NCBI GenBank assembly: GCA_964016885.1
Contig: OZ024740.1
Span: forward strand, 394,382,001-394,446,000
Direction: 5' to 3'
Source: Eledone cirrhosa
Lineage: Eukaryota
DNA: 64,000 nt
Under the pieces are notes generated by a model, which saw only the letters and a list, made by a program, of their open reading frames with translations, was not told the origin of the DNA and did not search any database. A program made the position numbers and the translations under genes. The stretch's first letter is position 1. Every line of letters begins with the position of its first letter. Of the stretch, positions 1-11,500 are shown one piece after another.

Positions 1-2880
1 TCCAGCTAACCTCAGTCTCCTTTGTGTCACTTTTGAGCTGACTTTTGGGATGCTCCCATACAACTCTGAGTTTTTCATCCTCAGTGTATACTGATTAATG
101 TTCAGAGCCATCCTCAGCATTCTCGTGTAGCACCCATCCACCATCTGAGTGAGTTTCTTGGTCAGTGTCCAAGTCTCAGACCCATACAGCAGCACAGACT
201 CCACTACAGCAATGAAGAGGCGGATTTTCAGGTCTCTACGAAGGTCCGACTTCCACACCGATCTCAAGCTGTGGCACGCCGCCCAGGCCTTGCTCTTCCT
301 CTCAACCACATCATCTTCCGTATTCCCAATCTTTGCTCCCAAATACAGGAAGTCCTCAACCAATTCCAGCGGCTTCCCGCCTACATTAGTGATCCCCTCT
401 GGCTTCTCAACATTCTCTACCAGATATTTTGTTTTAGTCTCATTCATTCTCAGCCCCACACTCATCGACACAGTCTCAACCTCCCGCATCAAATCCTCTG
501 CCTCCTTCACTATATTTGTCACCAAAACTATGTCGTCGACAAATTCAGCATCCGATACCTTTTTCGCCCTAACTCTCCTGCTCTGAGCCGGTGCTACAGT
601 AAAGCCAGAGTCCTGGTGTTTCTCCAGTGCAAGGCGCATACAATAGTCCACTACGATGATAAAAAGGTAGGGAGCCAATGTATCTCCCTGGAACACTCCA
701 GCCAGTATCTCAAAGAACTCTGTCATCCCATCAGGTGTAATGACTTGGGCTTTGGTGTTGGTGTAGAGCAGTGATATCAGGTCCACTATCTTCTTGGGGA
801 TTCCATAAGCCTGTAAGATCTTCATCAGGCAGTAACGGTCCACAGAATCAAAGGCCTTCCTAAAGTCAATGAAAACCATGACCGCAGGAAGGCACTTTGC
901 TCTAGCTCCCTCTAATATCCTCCTCAGCATCAGGATGTGACTGGTGGTTGATCTACCCTCTCTGAAGCCGTTCTGGTTGTCCCCGAGCTTCTTCTCCATC
1001 TCAGGCTGGATCCTGTTAAGAATCATCCTGTTGAGGGTCTTTGCCACAAGTGACGTCAGTGAGATCCCCCGGTAGTTGTTGGTGTTAGAGAGATCTCCCT
1101 TCTTTGGCACTGGGACGATGTTACTGATCCTCCACTGATTCGGGGCAACTCCTTTCTCCAGTGCCCCGTTACAGAACCCCAGGATGATATCATCAAAATC
1201 ACACCTCTTCATCACCTCTGATGCCACTCCATCTTCTCCATGAGCCTTGCCCTCCTTGATCCTCTTCTTGGCTCTCTGAAGCTCCTCTCTGGTGAAGGGC
1301 TCTGTCTCAATATCCAGTTCCTCAAACAGCCGCCTGATCTCCCCAGTGCTCTGGGCTGTGGAGGGTGGCTCTCCTAGTAGGGTCCTAAAATGGTCTAGCC
1401 ATTTCCTCTTCCTATCCTCGGGCCCCGTTCCCTGGATCTGACTCGAACACCTTCTCTTCCTCCCTGTGATCTCGTTGATGATCATCCAGCTCTCCTTACA
1501 TCCAGATCTGTCAACCGCTCTCTCCACACTTCTGATCTTCTCTATCAGTGCCTCCTCTCTGACCTCAGTGTAAGCGGTACAGAGCTCTTCCCTCATCACC
1601 TCCACAGTCTCCATCCTCTCCTCCGTAGGATCAACATAGAATTGGTCCCTGGCAGCTTTCAGGTGTTCTCTGGCTGCACACACTTTTGGGTTTGCAGAGC
1701 TGACGTGCTTCCCTTTGTTCTTTTTCCTCGGCACCAGGGATTCACTTGCTTCCGCCACTGCATTGGTGAAGTGCCCGAACCTCCTCGTCACACTCTCCTC
1801 AGTCCATCCAATATCTCTCTCCTCTGACTCTCCACACAGAGCACTAAACCTGTTTCTCACTTCCACTGTGAACCTTTCCTGTAGCTTATCATCTTCCTTG
1901 AAAGCTCCCCAGTCATAGATTGTTCTCCGGGGCTGAGCCTTGCTCTTTCTTAAGCTCACGCGGACCTCACTCATAACAAGCCGGTGGTCACTACCCAGTA
2001 TACTGAAATAGCTGTATGGTTCCGTGTTCAGAACACTATTCCGCCACTTTTTCCTCACCAGAATGAAATCAATCTGGGACTTGGACAGGTGCATATCTGA
2101 GATGTAGGTCCACATCTTCCCCAGATTCTTCCTAAACCTTAGGTTGGTCGCCATCAAGTTCGCCTCCAGCAGGGTGTCTCTCAGTAGTCTTCCATTTCGG
2201 TTGGTGTTGTTATGGAAGTACCAGCAAGGATCTTCACTGCCCTCCTTACTCAGATGTGCATTGAAGTCCCCCAAAACAAGCAGGATATTGTGTGCCTGAG
2301 TGGTGTTGACAGCTCTACACACCTCCTCATGGAACTCTTCCGCATTCACATCACTGTCCCCCTCGGTTGGACTATAAGCTGAGATGACTGTCAGTCTTGG
2401 GTTTCCATTGACGGTCACCCTCAACACTCGCGGGGAGATAGGCATTATTTCCCTCACCAACAGATTGGTTTTTGCACTGAACACAAAACCCACTCCTCCT
2501 ACTGCAGCATTTGTTGTGTTCTTCACTGCCGATGTAGTGATGAGCTGGCTCTTCCTCCCGATCATCACACTCCTCACGGGCTCATCGTGTAGAATCCTGT
2601 GTTCTTGGATCGCAAGTATCTGTATACCACTCTCCTCGAACAGATGTCCCAACTCCTCTCTCTTCTCCAGCGTCCGAATAGTCCTCACATTCAAAGTGCC
2701 CATTTTGATAGCTCTTCTGCAGGACAAAACTGCATTCTTTATATTTGTCTCAGAGACAGCTGATCCATCATCCACTGGCCCTCTCTGTGGCTCTAAGCCA
2801 GCAGAGTCATAACGACCAGGCTGCTCCTTGACAGTGTAATTAGGGGCTCTAACCCTAGTGCTGTTAGATCGACTCTCCAT
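1..2880 (-). CDS. RTE LINE polyprotein (APE endonuclease + reverse transcriptase), at least 960 codons, open to the window edge
   Basis: ATG at 2880 gives MESRSN...KMGTLNVRT...ILAIQEHR (APE), VFIDFRKAFDSVDR, GVFQGDTLAPYLF, EFVDDI and RRLRLAG. Both ends are in the same frame. The ORF track lists no stop-terminated minus ORF here, consistent with no internal stop. Confidence 0.88.
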   Translation of the reverse strand, partial: MESRSNSTRVRAPNYTVKEQPGRYDSAGLEPQRGPVDDGSAVSETNIKNAVLSCRRAIKMGTLNVRTIRTLEKREELGHLFEESGIQILAIQEHRILHDEPVRSVMIGRKSQLITTSAVKNTTNAAVGGVGFVFSAKTNLLVREIMPISPRVLRVTVNGNPRLTVISAYSPTEGDSDVNAEEFHEEVCRAVNTTQAHNILLVLGDFNAHLSKEGSEDPCWYFHNNTNRNGRLLRDTLLEANLMATNLRFRKNLGKMWTYISDMHLSKSQIDFILVRKKWRNSVLNTEPYSYFSILGSDHRLVMSEVRVSLRKSKAQPRRTIYDWGAFKEDDKLQERFTVEVRNRFSALCGESEERDIGWTEESVTRRFGHFTNAVAEASESLVPRKKNKGKHVSSANPKVCAAREHLKAARDQFYVDPTEERMETVEVMREELCTAYTEVREEALIEKIRSVERAVDRSGCKESWMIINEITGRKRRCSSQIQGTGPEDRKRKWLDHFRTLLGEPPSTAQSTGEIRRLFEELDIETEPFTREELQRAKKRIKEGKAHGEDGVASEVMKRCDFDDIILGFCNGALEKGVAPNQWRISNIVPVPKKGDLSNTNNYRGISLTSLVAKTLNRMILNRIQPEMEKKLGDNQNGFREGRSTTSHILMLRRILEGARAKCLPAVMVFIDFRKAFDSVDRYCLMKILQAYGIPKKIVDLISLLYTNTKAQVITPDGMTEFFEILAGVFQGDTLAPYLFIIVVDYCMRLALEKHQDSGFTVAPAQSRRVRAKKVSDAEFVDDIVLVTNIVKEAEDLMREVETVSMSVGLRMNETKTKYLVENVEKPEGITNVGGKPLELVEDFLYLGAKIGNTEDDVVERKSKAWAACHSLRSVWKSDLRRDLKIRLFIAVVESVLLYGSETWTLTKKLTQMVDGCYTRMLRMALNINQYTLRMKNSELYGSIPKVSSKVTQRRLRLAG

Positions 2881-3089
2881 ATTTCTTTTCAATGGCTGAC
2901 AATACCTTACCGGCGCCACTCGAATAAGGTAGTTATTTAACCCATAAATGGAGCCCTAACAGGTACTACCACCCCGGGCCAGGGCAGACCTGGGAGTCAT
3001 GACAACTAAGGGGTAACTCCACATTCCCCACATCTCCTGAACTCCCGAACTGGAGCCTTGCCACTGGATGTAGTTTAATGTCATACCCA
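1..3089 (-). mobile_element. RTE-clade LINE, probably 5'-complete; 3' end lies beyond the window edge
   Basis: Single long APE-RT reading frame plus about 210 bp of 5' UTR that abuts a (TA)n run. Confidence 0.9.
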
Positions 3090-3151
3090 TATATATATAT
3101 AAATAGACATACACACACACGCAAACGTATGCGCACAGACGGAGACAAGAA

Positions 3152-3190
<39 letters not shown>

Positions 3191-3242
3191 AATAAAAATG
3201 GCTTAGACATATAATACAACAGGAGGAAACATAATAGTAGCG

Positions 3243-3270
3243 CTGATGATGTTGCAGATGTGCAACGAAA
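3243..3270 (+). ncRNA. Partial or decayed hammerhead ribozyme core
   Basis: CTGATGA-T-GTTGCA-GATG-TGCAAC-GAAA: both boxes and a 6-bp stem II are present, but stems I and III are not convincing. Confidence 0.35.
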
Positions 3271-3955
3271 GAACTTTGATAGACTATATATATATATTTA
3301 TATCTGTATTTTTAACCGTTGGTCAGTCAATGATAAATGTTGATTGCCAAATAAATTAATTATGGAGATATAAACAATACAGAAGCGAAAACCAACCAAA
3401 CAGTGAATGTGCTCTGTTATTATTTCTGGCAATATTATTACAACAATATGACCCTCCCCAAGTATAACAATATATGTATTTATATAGTATAGTTTGGTGT
3501 ATTTCGTCCAAGAGACGAGTTTTAATATTGAAAATTATGTTAAATTTACATTTTTGTTTATGGAATACGCGCATTTCGCTGAAGAATTATTATTTCCAGA
3601 AGACATCTTTGAAATGGATCCAAGTTCTAGATTTAAGGTACAAAATGTCGGCTTAGTCTGTGATATTCCCGTCGAAAGCCAGCGCCCTCCATCTCAAACG
3701 CTTGACGACATCCTCTGCATTCTGAAGTAAAAGCTTCGAGTATGTCTGATTGGAAGACATGGGAATGTTCTTCAAAGAATACTCAAGTTAACGCAAATCT
3801 ATTCAAAATGAGTGATGTAATTGATGTGTAAAAGTCAAGGATATACAGATATTGGACTCACGGACTGTCAAGCTGCGGAAATAATAATCCCGCAGGGAAA
3901 CGCGCCGATTCAAAAGATGGAAATGTTTTGAATTTAACCTAATTTTGTGTATAAA

Positions 3956-3992
3956 TACACACACACACGCACACACACACGCGCGCACACAC

Positions 3993-4076
<84 letters not shown>
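3956..4076. repeat. (CA)n microsatellite; one of many (TA)n, (CA)n, (CT)n and (CATA)n tracts in the window
   Basis: Seen directly. Confidence 0.98.
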
Positions 4077-4089
<13 letters not shown>

Positions 4090-4285
4090 AGTATAAAGTG
4101 AGAGCTCATGCTATAAAAATAGCTTATAAAATATGATGAAACCCTTAAAAGACGAAAAATAATTTGTCACCAACCGCTATGAGGAATCGAACCCCATATC
4201 ATCCAGATATAGGTATAAAAAAGCAAACGATGCAGTACATTGAAGAAATATATTAGTTTTACGCTTGATATAAGTAGGAAAATTG

Positions 4286-4322
4286 TCTTAACGTTTCGGA
4301 CACTAGTCCTTTATCAGACGAT
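4286..4322 (-). ncRNA. Decayed minimal PLE-type hammerhead
   Basis: Minus strand CTGATAA-AGGAC-TAGT-GTCC-GAAACGTT; G8 is changed to A and stem I is weak. Confidence 0.5.
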
Positions 4323-4399
4323 AGAACGACAAATTAAGGAAGAAATAGAAAGATAGGGGAGAGTGGGCAATGGCAGAAACGGAAAAGATAATAAAAATA

Positions 4400-4598
4400 A
4401 TAATAGTTTCTTATATAGGCACAAGGCCAGTAATTCTTTGGGGGAGGGGAAAGTCGATTAAATCGACCCCAGTGTGTGACTGGTACTTTATTTTATCGAC
4501 CCCGTAAGGATGAAAGGCAAAGTTAACCTCGGCGGGATTTGAAATCAGATTATAAAAGGCGGTAACTCTATGCTGCATAGCATGGCGTCCGACCCTCA
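4400..4598 (-). mobile_element. tRNA-derived SINE with Meta/MESC-like central domain
   Basis: Reverse complement of the TTCAAATCCCGCCGAGGTTAACTTTGCCTTTCATCCTTACGGGGTCGATAAAATAAAGTACCAG family also seen at 19.6-19.9, 31.5 and 51.3-52.1 kb. Confidence 0.85.
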
Positions 4599-5299
4599 AT
4601 CGATAATAAAAATAATAATGAGGAACAACTTAGAAAATATATAAAAAGAAGTTTAGATGATATATCTATTGCGTCAATTAACTGCGTTACTGCTATCCTT
4701 ACTGGTTCGCTAAATAAGGATATAGAATCAAACCATATCTCTACCTACTGCCACTCCAAACACCAAATCACTGTTCTGTATTTCTTTAATAATTCTATAA
4801 TATATAGTTCCTCATTTTTATGAATATATTTCTTATACACTTCTAGCATAATTTTACCTTGTTAATAATTTTGAAGTTATTATTGGAGAGAATTGAATTT
4901 TTTTTTTACAATTCTCTATATAGGAATCTACATTCCATGAATGTTTCTTTTTGTAGAGTATAACATTTAAATTCGATGACATTTTTTTTATTTTAAATAT
5001 TTCATTTATTAATTATCGTTTTCGAGTGAATAAACTCATGAATTTATTTTGAGTTGTGTACATTAAGAATTTTTTACTTGGATAATAATAATGTTTGAGA
5101 GAAAACCCAAGAAATATATTAAGAGAAGAAATATAGGGCAGACAGATGATCTATGACTTATTTTATTATATGCGTATGTATATATATATATCCGCAGACG
5201 CACACACGCACATACTCACATACACACACACATATATATATATATATATCTTTTTATGTATGTATATATATATTTATATATACACATAGACATATATAC

Positions 5300-5337
<38 letters not shown>

Positions 5338-5887
5338 ATCTATATATATGTATGTGTATGTTTCACACACAATATCGTAGACAGGAGAAACTAATTAGTT
5401 TAGTAAATGAAAGTATATTTATATGTCTAAATCACATTCCGTCTTGTCGTTGAGTGATTTGGTGAGTTACAATTGGTTTCAAACTGTTAGCTCTCAATAA
5501 GCTTGATTTAGACAGTCACGTGTTTTTCCAAAGCCATTGTACGAATACCAAATAAATTGTAAAGCGCAGTCCGTAGTGTTACGCCGTTAACTCTGAGTGT
5601 ATTTAATTGCGCAAAACAACATAAAGCAAGACATTTAAGTTCAATAAAAATTTATTTATATGCTGAAATTAATTAAAATCGCGTAGTGTCATGCATTATT
5701 TTACTCTCTCAATTTTTGGCGAGTTTTGCGGGTGTCGGTTATTGGGCTGAAAAAATACTAGGGTAAGACTTTGGTGAGCTCTTAATTAACAAAAATATTA
5801 ATTTACACCAACACATAAATAGTAACATACAAATACAAAGGCAGACAAATACTTACACGCGCACACGCACATATATATATATATATA

Positions 5888-6169
5888 CCTGACTCTTTTC
5901 CTATATATATATAGGAAAAGAGTCAGGACCCCGACGGCTGAGCTCCGACCGTTTCGACAGCTAGAATCAGACCTAGCTGTCGAAACGGCTGGAGCTCAGC
6001 CGTCGGTGTCCGGAATCTTTTCCTATTACCCATTTTACTACCCAGTATCGAGTACTTTGGTGCGTTATGGTCCACCTGGTTACTTACCACATTTCCTTCG
6101 TTGTGAAACTAATATTAACATTCTGTACTGCCTCTTCGCTTCCACATATTTTTTGTTTACTGTCTCAAC

Positions 6170-6170
<1 letters not shown>
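5888..6170 (+). mobile_element. Fold-back hairpin element containing the 3' half of a hammerhead, flanked by (TA)n
   Basis: Hairpin at about 5910-6026. The right arm reads stem II GACAGCTAG/CTAGCTGTC, GAAA, stem III CGGCTG-GAGCT-CAGCCG, TC. A second family member is at 23287-23472. Confidence 0.75.
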
Positions 6171-6243
<73 letters not shown>

Positions 6244-6278
6244 CCTGAATGTATTTTCGTTGCTTTGGTCTTGTGGCT

Positions 6279-6354
6279 AGGCTGAACCTCAGAGTAATAA
6301 CATACGTTAGATGTCACGCCATCTAACGTATGTTATTACTCTGAGGTTCAGCCT
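6279..6354. repeat. Perfect 35-bp inverted repeat with 6-nt loop
   Basis: AGGCTGAACCTCAGAGTAATAACATACGTTAGATG-tcacgc-CATCTAACGTATGTTATTACTCTGAGGTTCAGCCT. Confidence 0.95.
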
Positions 6355-6607
6355 TATTGAGTGCTTTGCTGCACAATCCTAATTGTATGCCGTTAGCTTG
6401 GCTACAGCCGAAACTTCGATTTTACTAAACTTCCATTTGTTTATATATATAAAATGTCCAGAGAAAACCACTTACGTGTCACGAACAGAAAATTGCGTCT
6501 CTACCTCTTCAGCCACTTTCTGGGGCGGTGTAAATACGCGCATTTATAGAGTGTGTGTGTCTTTGTGTGTGCACGATGAGCTTTCTATTAACTTCATTTA
6601 TAATACA

Positions 6608-7133
6608 CTAGCAGTAAAGCCCGGCGTTGCTCGGGTCGCTCAGTAGCTGTGTTAAAGTTACAATGTTAAGTTTCTTTTTTGGCTTAAAAACTGTAGTGTC
6701 TACTGTGCAGACTTGCATGTGGTGTTTTTGATTAATATTCCCTCAACCAACAATATGCCTTATGAAGTTAAGAAAACATAACGATAACCCGAATGTTATA
6801 ACAAAAGAGGATGCTGGGGATAAAAACTGCACTGGTTATTTATTAACAAAGATCGAAAATGTAAACACTGCAACGCAGAGAAAAACAACGTAAGACGCTC
6901 AATGTAAACAGAACAAAGGGAAATAAAACGTCACTTACGCTCAAAAATCGATACATTAGATTCGATTTCGTCACATAGGTTGGGTCAATTTGAAATATAT
7001 TTTTTCCGATGTCTTCGCTAGGGCTCAATGTACAAGTATAGCAATTTCGGTGCAATTCCGTCAGAGATTCTAAGAGGAGATGTGTGCCAAAAATCGATAG
7101 ACAGACAGACAACCACAGCTTTATATATATAGA
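6608..7133 (-). mobile_element. Non-autonomous Helitron
   Basis: Minus strand begins A|TCTATATATATAAAG and ends with hairpin CCCGAGCAACGCCGGG then CTAG|T; internal (GTCT)n; near-identical copy at 17304-18187. Confidence 0.85.
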
Positions 7134-7508
7134 TTGGTTAACTGAAGGCTAAGATAAAAGAAAGTTGATCCAGAGCTATATCGTTGCGAAGAGAACTTCC
7201 TAACCGCATATGATATTCATAAGCTAACAGTTTGAAACCAATTGTTACTCACCAAATCACTCAAAGGCAAGACGGAATGTGATTTAGACATATAAATATA
7301 CTTTCATTTACTAAACTAATTAGTTTCTCGTGTGTACAGTATTGTGTGTGAAACATACACATACATATATAGATACACACACATACATACATATATATAT
7401 AAATAAATATATACATACACGAAAACGGTAAATATATATATATATATGTGTGTATGTGTGCGCGCGCGCGCGTGCGCGCGTGTCTGCGTATTGTTAATAT
7501 ACATATAC

Positions 7509-7543
<35 letters not shown>

Positions 7544-8505
7544 TTCATACATACACACTTAATAAAATAAGTCATAGAGGACTTTAGTAATGTGTGTTTA
7601 CGTGCGCATATCTGTGCAATATTTAATTGCGCAGTACTTTTTTGCCTGGCCTTTTGGTGATAAGAATTATAAAAATAAAAGAAAATAAAAAACGTGAAAA
7701 TAACCTTGTTATTTATGATTTGATTCTCTCCGTCATGATCTCCAGTTGATTTTATCTTAACGCTCCCAGTAAAATTCATCTCGTTTGGAAATGAACTCCG
7801 TATCTAAAATGTCATGAACAAATACCAGTGTATTAAAAATATATGAATGTTTAAAAAAATAATTTTATTGCCCTCCAGAGGAACTTACAGTAAATTCGGA
7901 TACATTTAAGCCATTTTTTATGTTTGCTTAACTTGCGACCGAGAAATTTTTTTAAAGATATTCTTTGCGCAACCACTTGTGTTCTGGTTCGATCTGATTG
8001 CATTTCAATTTCAGCAGGCGCTTTCTATTGTAGCCTTGGGTTCATCAATGACTGATGTATGAAGTTTTTTTGGACAAAGAACCAAACGAACCAAACCGCA
8101 GTGCAAGTAGATAATCCCTTTTTATCTCACATATCAATAAACACATGTCTTTACACACTTGCAACAGTAGAATATTTTGAGAATATCGATGTATTCTCCA
8201 TCTTGTCGGCCGGGACCCAGTGGCGGAGGGTAAGTTAGTTGATAGTGGAGGATAGACGTCACATTCACACATGTATTGAATACTTGATTTGAAATATCCT
8301 ATCTAACACTAACACATTGTACATTGGAGACTTCCATATTGATATTCTCTACCCAATGCTAGCTAGTCTAAATACATCTTTAAACCCTATTTGCCATCCT
8401 CACACTTCCCTTTTTTGTTCCTTTCTCTCTATATATTTATCTATCTATCTATCTATCTATTTATCTATCTACCTATCTCTCTATCTATCTACCTATATAT
8501 CTATC

Positions 8506-11500
8506 CCCCACCCTCACCCCAGACAGCCCCACCCCACCAAACATCTCCGTCCCCACCCCGCCGGAAACCACCACACACCCAGACAACTCCTCTAACACCC
8601 CCATGGAAACCGTGCGGCCTGATCCCCGGGAGACGAAGAAGTGAGTGTTTTCTTCTCCTCTTTTAACTTTTCAGAACCAACATGGCCAATATAAGAGTTG
8701 GGTGTGTGAATGTACGCGGCCTGGGGATGCCCTGGAAACAGGGCAAACTCTTAAACGATCTCAGGTCGCACAGTATGGATGTAGTAGCCATTTGCGAGTC
8801 CAGGATCCCCAGCGAGCGACAGCTGGGCCCCATCTTCGATGACTTTGAGATCTACACATCTCTCTGTCAGCCGGGGGTGGGGGCGAGGTTGCCGTTTTGC
8901 TGCGGAAACACCTGGGCCTCGTAACACAGACGGTACATTTGGACCCGGAGGGTCGACTGGTGGTCCTAGACGTTGACGGTAGTGAAGGTGGAGCCTTCAG
9001 GCTGGTGGTCGCATATGCCCCATCCGGGACACCGCGGCCAGACTTCTTCAAACGTCTAGAGACTTCTCTGGGAACGTCCCGCTCCTTGCTTTTAGTGGGG
9101 GACTGGAATGGAATCCTAGATGCACGTTGGAACTATGTGGGAGCATGTCCCGATAAAGGGGGGTGTAACATCCTCAAACAGTTAATCGGCCGATTTGACC
9201 TGACTGATAGATATCGACTAGATTTTCCGACTGTGCCACCGTGGACGTGGACTAAACGTGGCGGAACTTCTAGATCGTACCTAGATAAGGTTCTAGTTAG
9301 AAATAAGGATAGGGACATGTTAAGCTGTCCACATATGTTCATGGTTGTCTATTCACATCACAAACTAGTGACCTGCATGGTAAACATTGATAGAACCCAT
9401 AGACAAGGACCCGGCTACTAGAAGCAGAACTTGTCGTTACCGACATGCAAAGCCTACAGTAGACGGATTAGCACTTTAGTTAAACAGCATTTGACAGGGG
9501 CCATTGTCAACAACAGATGGTGGTACTCTCTCAAGAGGGCAGTTAGATTAGACTCGTTAGTTTTTAGTAAAGAATTAGCGTTAGACAGAAATAGAACCGA
9601 GAAAGAACTGGTAGATAAAGTAGAAGAGGCAATTAGATGTGGCAACGTAGCCAGCGTGCTAGCAACAAGAACGGCCTTGGACCAGTTCTTCGACGCAAAG
9701 CATGAGGGCTGCGTTGTCAGAAGCAAAATACGTGTTCTGGGAAACGGGGGAGCCAAAGCTGTTAGCTGGGCCCGAGTGACGGAGGCAAAAAGTGGCAACA
9801 AGTCCACGATTTGGTCTTTGAAGGACCAAAACGGACGCGTGATACGTGAGCCGAAGCAGATGTGTGCGGCCTTTCAGCGGCACTTTTCTCAGCTGTTCGG
9901 GAAGGGCGGCGCGCCGGGAGGGGCTATGGATTTCGGTCCATATCTCGACGCCCTACCGCGACTCTCGGACAGCGAGGCAAGGTTCTGCGAAAAGCCGATT
10001 TCAGCCGCTGAGATAGGGGACGCGTTGAGCCAATGCGGCAAACGCAAATCTCCAGGTCTCGACGGTCTACCCTACGAATTTTACGTAGTAATGCCGGACT
10101 TATTCTCCGGTCTCCTGGAAGCGGTCTACTGCAACTGGCTACAGAACGGGAGAATTCCCAGTTCTGTGACCGGGGGCGTAGTCACACTAGTCAGGAAGGA
10201 CGAGAATAAGGTGGATGACATAGGAAACTTCCGGTACATAACTCTGCTAAACACAGAGTTACAGATTTTGGCCAAGGTGTTGGCAAAAAGGCTGGCGTTT
10301 GTCGTCGAGAACCTGGTGGGAGAAGCGCAGACATGCGCAATCCCGACCAGGTCCATACACGACAACCTCCACCTCATGCGATACATCATAGAGAGGGTAG
10401 GGTGTAAACCCGGCTTCGGTGGGGCCCTGATCAACTTGGATCAGTCTAAGGCTTTCGATAGGGTTGACCATCGTTACCTGGATGCGGTGCTCGAGGCGGC
10501 AGGCTTCGGATCCGTGTTCAGGGGCTGGATTGCTGCAGTGCACAACAGCAAAATATGCTCAAGTGTTAAGGTGAACGGCTACCTCTCGGAGCCGTTCCAT
10601 ATCACGCGATCCATTCGACAGGGATGCCCTCTCTCCTCCTTTCTGTACGTATTGACTCTCGAGCCACTACTGCGGAAGTTGGAACTATTGCAGGGCATCC
10701 CTCTGGAACCGGGACTGCGGAAAGCGGCGTCGGTCTACGCCGACGACGTGACAGTAATGGTGTCGAGCACCTCGCAAATCGAGGAAGTCGGCACCTTACT
10801 GAAGGAATACGAAAGGTTCACAGGAGCGAAGCTGAACCGGGACTAGTCCATCGGTTTGCAACTCGGATCGTGGAGAGGCAAACCGATCCCTCCGATGGCG
10901 TCGTCGGACGCTGGACGGAAGGACCAGTAAAGCTGCTAGGGGTCTGGTTTGGTCCGCACCTCCAGGTGGAGAAGAACTGGAACGAGGTGTCGGCCAAGGT
11001 GTTTGCACTCACCCAGAAGTGGGATGAGTGCAAACTATCCTTGAAAGGTGGAGCGGAGGTGACGAACACTTTTATAGCGTCCGCCTACTACTACCGCTTG
11101 ACCGTCGTGCCTTGTCCAGCCAAAACGCTCGCCAAAATGGAGCGCGCACTCTTCCATTTCCTTTGGAAGAGGCGGGCTCCTTTGGTGAGAAGATCCATCT
11201 GCTGCCAACACCCTTCCAACGGAGGGCTGGGGATGCCGTGGCTGACGATGCGCAAACACGCACTCAGGCTGCGGCATCTCTACGTATTCCTCACCGGACA
11301 ACCGGTGTGCGCCCCGTTCGTGAGGCGAGCCTTCCCACGACTCGTCTCGCTGACCGAGCTGCAGTCCTGGGTCAAGCAAAGACCGAGGAAAATGGGCGAC
11401 TGGCACATCGAATGTGCTCAGGCGCTCACTGCCCTCTGGCAGGCGGACCCGGCGATCAGTGGAGACTCCACTTCGTCATTCTATAGAGGGTTAATCCGCA

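Larger units (their letters stand above)
5151..7577. repeat. Long inverted repeat: arms of about 350 bp at 5151-5492 and 7222-7577
   Basis: CTATGACTTATTTTATT...CAAACTGTTAGCT versus AGCTAACAGTTTG...AATAAAATAAGTCATAG. Confidence 0.85.

Noticed and set aside
149-2812. Plus-strand ORFs over the RTE, and similar antisense ORFs over Tx1 and CR1
   Set aside because: Shadow frames of the real opposite-strand RT ORFs.
2881-3089. HDV-like ribozyme in the RTE 5' UTR
   Set aside because: Expected in some RTEs, but I could not build the P1/P3/P1.1 nested pseudoknot by eye; a descriptor search is needed.
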